The position numbers and the translations under genes are program-made. Positions 43,871 to 50,700 of a stretch of 52,159 nucleotides of DNA are shown here, piece by piece. The notes beneath the pieces are model-generated. The model made no database searches. It had not been told where the DNA came from and worked only from the letters and a program-made list of their open reading frames with translations. The number at the start of each line of letters is the position of its first letter. The stretch's first letter is position 1. Source of the stretch: an uncultured Acidimicrobiaceae bacterium (GTDB taxonomy: Bacteria; Actinomycetota; Acidimicrobiia; Acidimicrobiales; Bog-793); assembly GCA_964485645.1 (NCBI GenBank), contig CAZAMA010000007.1:1-52159 (forward strand), given 5' to 3'.

Positions 43871-44122
43871 GTGTCCGATTACGTCATCCCCGAACCCGAG
43901 CCGAAAGAGATCGACGAGAAGCGGGCGATCGAGCTTCGCCACCTCTCCGACAACGCCGTGCTCAAGGGCCGGCCCTCAGGCGAGGAGCGGTGCGACACCT
44001 GTCGCTACTACCTCGAGCCCTACAACGACATCTCCTACTGCTGGCACCCGAAGCTGCGAATTCTCGTCGGCTCGAGGTGGTGGTGCCAGTGGTGGGAGGA
44101 GATGCCGGACGGCGCGTCCTAG
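43871..44122 (+). CDS. Small (83 aa) Cys/Trp-rich protein with HiPIP-like cysteine spacing
   Basis: C41-x2-C44-x12-C57-x14-C72, then QWW. No signal peptide. Lies immediately upstream of hypC. Confidence 0.55.
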   Translation: MSDYVIPEPEPKEIDEKRAIELRHLSDNAVLKGRPSGEERCDTCRYYLEPYNDISYCWHPKLRILVGSRWWCQWWEEMPDGAS

Positions 44123-44195
44123 GCGTCGTCTCGCTGGGGTGGGCACGAGCGCACGATCGAGTACCTGCGTCGCGGACCTGAGAGGAAGAGCGCCC

Positions 44196-44468
44196 ATGTG
44201 CCTCGGCATACCAGGTGAGATAGTGGAGATCGTGGACCGAGCGCGCCAGCTGGCGAAAGTCGACGTCGCCGGAGTACGCCGCAATATCAACTACGGCTTG
44301 CTCGAGCACGAAGGCATAGGGCCAGGAGATTGGGTGCTCGTTCACGTTGGATTCGCGATGTCGAAGATCGACGCGGCGGAGGCGGAGCTCGCGATGGAGG
44401 CTTTGAAGCTGATGGGCCAGGTATACGACGACGAGATGCGAGCGGTCGTTGACTCAAAGATCTCCTGA
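44196..44468 (+). CDS. hypC: Hydrogenase maturation chaperone HypC
   Basis: MCLGIPGEIV N-terminus and GDWVLVHVGFAMS. GAGGAAG RBS upstream. Confidence 0.9.
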   Translation: MCLGIPGEIVEIVDRARQLAKVDVAGVRRNINYGLLEHEGIGPGDWVLVHVGFAMSKIDAAEAELAMEALKLMGQVYDDEMRAVVDSKIS

Positions 44469-44514
44469 TCGCCGCGGTGAGAGCTGGGCGAGGGGAACGA
44501 AGGAGGCTTAGCCG

Positions 44515-45642
44515 GTGCGCTTCGTCGATGGGTACCGTGACCCGGCCGCGGCGCGCGCCCTCGTCTCTCGCATCACCGAGCTCGCCGGCGACGACCACTT
44601 CAAGTTCATGGAGGTGTGCGGCGGCCACACCCACACCATCTACCGCCACGGCATCGAGCACATCTTGCCCGACACGGTCGAGCTCGTGCACGGACCCGGC
44701 TGTCCCGTATGCGTCATACCGATGGGTCGGGTCGACGACGCGATCGCTCTGGCAGAGCACCCCGGCGTCATCTTCACCTCATTCGGGGACATGATGAGGG
44801 TGCCCGGGTCGAAGGGGAACCTCCTGTCGGCCAAGGCGCGCGGAGCCGACGTGCGTTTTGTCTACTCACCCCTCGACGCCTTGCGGGTAGCCGTAGAGAA
44901 CCCGGCGCGAGAAGTCGTGTTCTTTGCCGTCGGGTTCGAGACAACGGCGCCCTCGACTGCCGTCACCGTGCTGCGTGCCCGTGCCGACATGGTGTCCAAC
45001 TTCACGGTCTTCTCGAACCACGTGACGATCGTCCCGCCGATGAAAGCGATCCTCGACTCTCCCGATCTCCGCCTCGATGGGTTTCTCGCGCCCGGCCATG
45101 TGTCGACCGTCGTCGGACAGCGGCCTTACCGCTTCGTGCCGGAGACCTATCACAAGCCTGTGGTGACGGCGGGTTTCGAGCCGCTCGATGTCCTCCAGGC
45201 CATCGAGATGCTCCTTCTGCAGATCCGCGAAGGGCGTTGCTGCGTCGAGAACCAGTACACGCGATGCGTGCGTGAAGAGGGGAATCCGCGTGCGCTCGAG
45301 CTGCTTTCGGAGGTATTCGAGGTCCGGCCGTACTTCGAGTGGCGCGGTCTCGGGTTCATATCCGAGAGCGCGCTCAAGCTGCGCGACGGCTTCGCCCTCT
45401 TCGATGCCGAGGTCCGTTACCGCGTGCCGGGCGTGAGGGTCGCCGACCCGAAGGCGTGCCAGTGCGGAGAGGTGCTGAAAGGCGTCATCAGGCCCTGGGA
45501 GTGCAAGGTGTTCGGAACCGCCTGCACACCGGAGATGCCGATCGGCACTTGCATGGTCTCATCCGAGGGAGCTTGTGCCGCTTACTACAACTTCGGGCGG
45601 CTGCACCGCGAGGTGGCTGTCGGGGTGCGAGCCAGGATCTGA
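44515..45642 (+). CDS. hypD: Hydrogenase maturation protein HypD
   Basis: FMEVCGGHTH, GPGCPVCV, FAVGFETTAP and the C-terminal CxxxxxxC cluster. Confidence 0.9.
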   Translation: MRFVDGYRDPAAARALVSRITELAGDDHFKFMEVCGGHTHTIYRHGIEHILPDTVELVHGPGCPVCVIPMGRVDDAIALAEHPGVIFTSFGDMMRVPGSKGNLLSAKARGADVRFVYSPLDALRVAVENPAREVVFFAVGFETTAPSTAVTVLRARADMVSNFTVFSNHVTIVPPMKAILDSPDLRLDGFLAPGHVSTVVGQRPYRFVPETYHKPVVTAGFEPLDVLQAIEMLLLQIREGRCCVENQYTRCVREEGNPRALELLSEVFEVRPYFEWRGLGFISESALKLRDGFALFDAEVRYRVPGVRVADPKACQCGEVLKGVIRPWECKVFGTACTPEMPIGTCMVSSEGACAAYYNFGRLHREVAVGVRARI

Positions 45643-48006
45643 CCGAGGCTCACCGGGAGCGCCCACCGCCTGCTCGACCTCCTCTCCTTTAGCTCCAGCG
45701 GGGGACGGGCCCGCAGCCGTCGCTGCGATCGCAGCTTGACCGATGCTGACTCCGCCGTCGTTGGGGGGTACGACCTCGTGCACGAGCACCTCGAAACCAA
45801 GGCGGCGGAGCTCTTCGCTCATGAGCCGCGAGAGCCGTGTGTTCTGGAAGACGCCACCGCTCAGGGCGACCGTCCCCAGCCCTCGTTCGGCCGCGAGCTT
45901 GGCCGCAAATGAGGCGGCCGCGATGGCGAGGCTTTTGTGGAACCCGGCGGCGATGGCGGGGATCGGAGTACCGCGGTGCTGCTCTTCGACGACAGCGGCG
46001 ATGAGTGGGCTCGGATCGAGCACGCTCGACGAATCGTCATGAGACAGCTCGAGCGGGTAAGTTGCTGCTTCGGAGTCAGGGACGGAGGCGGCGAGAGCTT
46101 CGAGCTCGACGGCGGCCTGGCCCTCGTAGGTGATGGTCCTGCGGACACCGAGAAGCGCGGCGACCGCATCGAAGAGGCGGCCGACGCTCGTTGTCCTCGC
46201 GACTCCGTCGGATCGCTCAGCCAGCGCGAGCACGGGGCGCCACCGGTCGTCGAGCTCGGGACCGAGCGTAGCCGCGGCGCCTGCGCCCAGGGCCGAGGCC
46301 ACCCACGAGAGAGCCATGCGCCATGGCTCCTTGACGGCGGCAGCCCCGCCTGGCAGGGCAGTGGCCCGCAGGTGACCGACTCGCTCGAAACCCTCGAGGT
46401 CGGCCGCGAGGAACTCACCGCCCCAAAGCACGCCGTCAGGCCCGAGCCCGAGCCCGTCGAAGACCACTCCGAGCACGGTGCCGGTGTGCTGGTGCTCGGC
46501 CAGGCAGGCAGCTACGTGGGCGTGGTGGTGCTGCACCGGCCACGGCTCGAGATCCAGCTCGAGCGCGTACTTCGTGGACAGGTACTCAGGATGAAGGTCG
46601 TGCGCGACCACCTGTGCCTCGACCCCCTGGAGCGTGCTCAGGTGGCCGATAGCCTGCAGAAAGCAACGGTATGCCGCGAGGTGCTCGAGGTCGCCCAAAT
46701 GCTGGCTCGTCACGATGCTTTGTCCTTTCACGACCGAGATCGTGCTCTTCAGCTGGGCGCCGACGGCCAGTACTTGGCGCCGGGCCTCGCCGGGCAACGT
46801 GAGAGGTTCGGGCACATAGCCGCGGGAGCGGCGAACTGCCTGGGTCCGGCGTGGGCTCGAGCGGATGACGGAGTCGTCGCATGCGACGTGGATCGGCCGG
46901 TCGTGAGCAAGCAGCCCGTCGACGAGCGGTCCGAGGCGCTCGATCGCGTCGCTGTCGATGTAGGAGATCGTGTCGCCGGAGAGGTTGCCGCTCGTCATGA
47001 CGAGCGGGCGCCCGACTCCGGCCATGATGAGGTGGTGCAGCGGCGTGTAGGCGAGCATCACACCGATCTCGGGCAGACCTGGGGAAACGCCGCGCGCGAG
47101 CATCCCATCGGCCCGCCCGCGCGCGAGCACGATCGGTCGCCTCGGGGAGGCCAGCGCCGCTTCTGCCGCGTCGTCGAGATGGCAGAGCGCCCGCGCCATA
47201 TCGAGGCCGCTGACCATCACGGCAAAGGGCTTGGCGTCGCGTGCCTTGCTGCGTCGCAACGAGGCGACGGCTGTCTCATTCGTGGCGTCGGTCGCCAGGT
47301 GGTATCCGCCGATGCCTTTCACGGCCACGGCCCCGCCGCAAAGCAGGCATTCGATGGCGAGCTCGAGTGCCTCCCCGCCCTGCGCGACCGCCCTGCCGTC
47401 AGGCTCGAGGTAGCAAAGTCGCGGCCCGCAGGAGGGACAGGAGTTGGGCTGCGCGTGGAACCGCCTATCGCGCGGGTCGTCGTACTCGGCCTGGCACTTC
47501 TCGCACATGACGAAACCCGCCATCGTCGTGGCGGGCCGGTCATAGGGGACCGAGATCGTAATGGTGTAGCGCGGCCCGCAGTTGGTGCAGTTGGTGAACG
47601 GGTACCTGTAACGCCTGTTCGTCGGGTCGTCGACCTCGGCGAGGCACTCGCTGCATGCTGCTGCGTCGGCGCTCACTGCGGCGGCGGGCGCGCCGCGTGC
47701 CGAGCTCGCCAGGATCTCGAATCCTTCCGCGCGCAAGGTGACTTCAAGCGGTGTCACGCGCACCGAGGTGACGCGGGCGAGCGGTGGCGGCTGCTGGCCG
47801 AGGGCGCGGCACAGATCGGCGACGGCATCTCTGTCGCCCTCCACCTCTATAAGCACCCCGGCGGAGTCGTTGCAGACGAAGCCTCTCAGACCACGCGAGA
47901 CGGCCTCTCGGTAGACGAAGGGGCGAAAGCCCACTCCTTGGACCGTTCCCGTGACCCGGATCGAGCATCTCGCGTCGCTCCCGGGCACGCCGCCAGTTGG
48001 GTCCAC
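45559..48006 (-). CDS. hypF: Carbamoyltransferase HypF
   Basis: Acylphosphatase domain (VTGTVQGVGFRPFV), two zinc-finger pairs (CSEC...CTNCGPRY; CEKC...CPSCGP), and YrdC and Kae1-like domains. Confidence 0.9.
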   Translation of the reverse strand: MDPTGGVPGSDARCSIRVTGTVQGVGFRPFVYREAVSRGLRGFVCNDSAGVLIEVEGDRDAVADLCRALGQQPPPLARVTSVRVTPLEVTLRAEGFEILASSARGAPAAAVSADAAACSECLAEVDDPTNRRYRYPFTNCTNCGPRYTITISVPYDRPATTMAGFVMCEKCQAEYDDPRDRRFHAQPNSCPSCGPRLCYLEPDGRAVAQGGEALELAIECLLCGGAVAVKGIGGYHLATDATNETAVASLRRSKARDAKPFAVMVSGLDMARALCHLDDAAEAALASPRRPIVLARGRADGMLARGVSPGLPEIGVMLAYTPLHHLIMAGVGRPLVMTSGNLSGDTISYIDSDAIERLGPLVDGLLAHDRPIHVACDDSVIRSSPRRTQAVRRSRGYVPEPLTLPGEARRQVLAVGAQLKSTISVVKGQSIVTSQHLGDLEHLAAYRCFLQAIGHLSTLQGVEAQVVAHDLHPEYLSTKYALELDLEPWPVQHHHAHVAACLAEHQHTGTVLGVVFDGLGLGPDGVLWGGEFLAADLEGFERVGHLRATALPGGAAAVKEPWRMALSWVASALGAGAAATLGPELDDRWRPVLALAERSDGVARTTSVGRLFDAVAALLGVRRTITYEGQAAVELEALAASVPDSEAATYPLELSHDDSSSVLDPSPLIAAVVEEQHRGTPIPAIAAGFHKSLAIAAASFAAKLAAERGLGTVALSGGVFQNTRLSRLMSEELRRLGFEVLVHEVVPPNDGGVSIGQAAIAATAAGPSPAGAKGEEVEQAVGAPGEPRSDPGSHPDSHLAVQPPEVVVSGTSSLG

Positions 48007-48020
48007 TTAAGCGCGGGTGG

Positions 48021-49160
48021 TCAACAGATGCGCGGGAGCGGGTCGCCGACGAGCATGTCGACTATGCGCGTGCTCCCAAGGCTCGTGCGCAACACGACGA
48101 TTCCCTCCGGTTGTGCCATGATCTCGCCGATCTCGGCCGCGTCTGCCCCGAGGGGGTGCGATCGGAGCGCCTGCAGTGCCGCGGCCGACTCGGCTGGCGG
48201 CACCACCGCGAGGAGCTTGCCCTCGCTGGCGACATAGAGGGGATCTATCCCGAGCACGTCACAGGCGCCGGCGACGCTCGCCCGCACGGGGAGGGCACGC
48301 TCCTCGAGCACGACCGCGACAGCAGCGTCACGGGCCAGCTCGTTGCAGATCGTTCCGAGACCTCCTCGCGTCGGGTCCCGCATCCAACGGGTCGAGGGGG
48401 CAGCAGCAAGCAGCACTTCGACGAGATCGCCGAGAGGCGCCGTGTCGGAGGCGATGTCGGCCTCGATGGCAAGCTCGCCCCGGGCAAGCATGACGGCCAT
48501 GCCGTGGTCGCCGATGGTGCCCGAGACGATCACGCGGTCGCCCGCTTGGACGCGGGCCGGTCCGAGCCGGCGCCCGCTCGGGACGGTCCCGACTCCTGAG
48601 GTGGTGATGTAGAGACTGTCGGCCGCACCCCGGTTGACGACTTTCGTGTCCCCAGTGACGATCGCGACTCCGGCACCGGCGGCCGCCTCGGCCATGTCAG
48701 TCGCGACGGCTCGGAGCTCAGCTACCGGGAATCCCTCCTCGATCACGAAGGCCGCGGCGATGAAGGAGGGCCGTGCACCCATCACGGCGAGGTCGTTGAC
48801 GGTCCCGTGCACGGCCAGGTGTCCGATCGATCCGCCGGGGAAACGCAGTGGTCTCACGACGAAAGAGTCGATCGTGAAGGCCACTTGCCCGCCCGCCGGG
48901 AGCTCGAGCACAGCCGCGTCCCCAAGTGGCGCCTCACCTGGGTGTCCGAAGGACGCGAGGAAGACGGCTTCGACCAGGGCTGCGGACGCTTTGCCACCGG
49001 CTCCGTGCGCGAGCGTGACGATGTCGTCCTTGAGTCGGGGTCCCCGTCGCCGGAAGGTCTCGATCCGCTCCAACACCTCCGCCTCGCGTCGATCAGTTGT
49101 CCGCCGCTCGTCGAGAGACGGGGTCACAGCCTCCTCGGGCGGCTCGAGCCGGTCGGTCAT
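48021..49160 (-). CDS. hypE: Hydrogenase maturation protein HypE
   Basis: AIR-synthase-like fold, LAHGAGG, and a C-terminal PRIC. The ATG at 49160 forms an ATGA overlap with the upstream SIS gene (the track ORF starts at 49202). Confidence 0.9.
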   Translation of the reverse strand: MTDRLEPPEEAVTPSLDERRTTDRREAEVLERIETFRRRGPRLKDDIVTLAHGAGGKASAALVEAVFLASFGHPGEAPLGDAAVLELPAGGQVAFTIDSFVVRPLRFPGGSIGHLAVHGTVNDLAVMGARPSFIAAAFVIEEGFPVAELRAVATDMAEAAAGAGVAIVTGDTKVVNRGAADSLYITTSGVGTVPSGRRLGPARVQAGDRVIVSGTIGDHGMAVMLARGELAIEADIASDTAPLGDLVEVLLAAAPSTRWMRDPTRGGLGTICNELARDAAVAVVLEERALPVRASVAGACDVLGIDPLYVASEGKLLAVVPPAESAAALQALRSHPLGADAAEIGEIMAQPEGIVVLRTSLGSTRIVDMLVGDPLPRIC

Positions 49161-49828
49161 GTCCCGACCTGGTCCGCGATGATCGCTTGAACCTTTTCCC
49201 ACACCGCGACTCCGATCCGGTCCTGGGTCTCCTGGATGCGGTGCACGCTTTCGCAGTCCACGACGAGGCAGTGGTCGAGGTCGTCACAGGCGGCCATATG
49301 GCCCCCACCGTGGCCCGCCATGCCAAGGCTGAGGATTCCCCGGCGGCGAGCCTCGCCGAAGGCTCTCATGACGTTCTCGGAGTTGCCGCTCGTCGAGTAA
49401 CCCAGGGCCATGTCGCCCGGTCGCCCGTGGGCGATGATCTGGCGCGAGAATACGAGCTCGAACCCGACGTCGTTGCCGAGCGCGGTGATCGTGGCTCCGT
49501 CGGACCCGAGAGCGCGGGCCGCGAGCGCTCGTCCCGCCGGTGGGTTCCGGAAAAGCGCCGCCAATGCCGCTGCATCGGTCGAGCTGCCACCGTTGCCGAA
49601 GGTGAAGAGGCGCCCGCCTGCGGCAAAACGCCGAGCCATCTCCGTGGCGATGTCGTCGATCTCCGCTTCGAGCCTGTCGATAGTGGCGTATCCAAGCGCA
49701 AAGCTCTGTGCCGCCTTCGAGGCTGCCGATGCAGCCAACTCGCAGAGCAGGCTGGTCGGATCCCGCTCCTGTGGCGAGGTGGACGGGTAGAGGAAAGCTG
49801 TCATCTCAGGTGTCATGGGGTCAGTCAT
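49157..49828 (-). CDS. SIS-domain protein (GmhA / phosphoheptose-isomerase-like)
   Basis: FGNGGSSTDAAALA, TALGNDVGFELVFSRQ, STSGNSENV and a HRIQE-type tail. Confidence 0.8.
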   Translation of the reverse strand: MTDPMTPEMTAFLYPSTSPQERDPTSLLCELAASAASKAAQSFALGYATIDRLEAEIDDIATEMARRFAAGGRLFTFGNGGSSTDAAALAALFRNPPAGRALAARALGSDGATITALGNDVGFELVFSRQIIAHGRPGDMALGYSTSGNSENVMRAFGEARRRGILSLGMAGHGGGHMAACDDLDHCLVVDCESVHRIQETQDRIGVAVWEKVQAIIADQVGT

Positions 49829-50579
49829 CGAGGAGTGCCAGGGCCGAGCCGGCGTGAACGAGAAGGAGGTCGCCCGGCCTCGGCGTGCCGATCAAGGTCG
49901 TGTCGATCGACTCCAGTCCGCCGGCTGTTCGCACGCGAGCACGAAGGAGCGGGCCTGTATCGACTACCTCGGCGAGGCGTCCCTCGTCAGAACAGCTGAT
50001 GCAGAGCCCGTCGTCGCCAGACACTCTCGGCGTCCCGGCGTCTTGGCCGAGCAGCCCGCCGTATTCGAGGCAGACATGTGTCAGTTCCCAGAGAAGGTGG
50101 TAGACGAGCACGAGCGGGCCGCCGTAGGCAGCCCGAGTCGGCTCGCCGTCGACCCAAAGGACGTGGTCGGCCGAGCCAGGGGCCGGCCGGCTCCCGCTGC
50201 CAACCCAGATCGATTTGAGGCCCCAGAGGGGCGCGCGCCGCATCACGGCGCACGTGGAAGCCTCGACGGCGGTGGCGATGGCGACGATGACGTCACCGGG
50301 CTCCGCGACGGCTCGCAGCGTGCCCACGAGATCGCTGCCGCTGATCGCGACCGCCGGCAGCGCGGGCTTGCCGAGGATGACCGGGTGGACGAACTCCACG
50401 GCGACGTGCTGGGCATGGTAAGGCCATTCCGGAGCCACGCACCACATCGTTGCCCCTGATGCGAAACTCCGGGCGAGGTCGAGACTGGCCATCGCGAGGT
50501 CGTCGGCCATCGGGCCCATTGCATGGCGAGGGGCCGTGCCCGGCGAACACGACGGGCTGCGGTCATCGGCAAAATCCAA
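49821..50579 (-). CDS. Fusion protein: degenerate SIS-like N-domain plus C-terminal HypC/HupF-like OB domain
   Basis: The C-terminal 60 aa (CISCSDEGRLAEVV...RARVRTAGGLESIDTTLIG...GDLLLVHAGSALALL) aligns by eye with HypC (MCIGVPG...VDLTLVG...WVLVHVGFAM). The N-domain follows the GmhA layout but lacks the GNGGS motif. Confidence 0.6.
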   Translation of the reverse strand: MDFADDRSPSCSPGTAPRHAMGPMADDLAMASLDLARSFASGATMWCVAPEWPYHAQHVAVEFVHPVILGKPALPAVAISGSDLVGTLRAVAEPGDVIVAIATAVEASTCAVMRRAPLWGLKSIWVGSGSRPAPGSADHVLWVDGEPTRAAYGGPLVLVYHLLWELTHVCLEYGGLLGQDAGTPRVSGDDGLCISCSDEGRLAEVVDTGPLLRARVRTAGGLESIDTTLIGTPRPGDLLLVHAGSALALLDD

Positions 50580-50700
50580 GACGAGCCTCCTCTACTCACG
50601 ATAGTAGGTGACCTGAGGTGCCGGTCGCGCATGGGAGCAAGGGGGATCCGGGCCTGCCGGGCTGTCACCGTCGGGCCGCAGGCGCGCCAGACTGGTGGGC

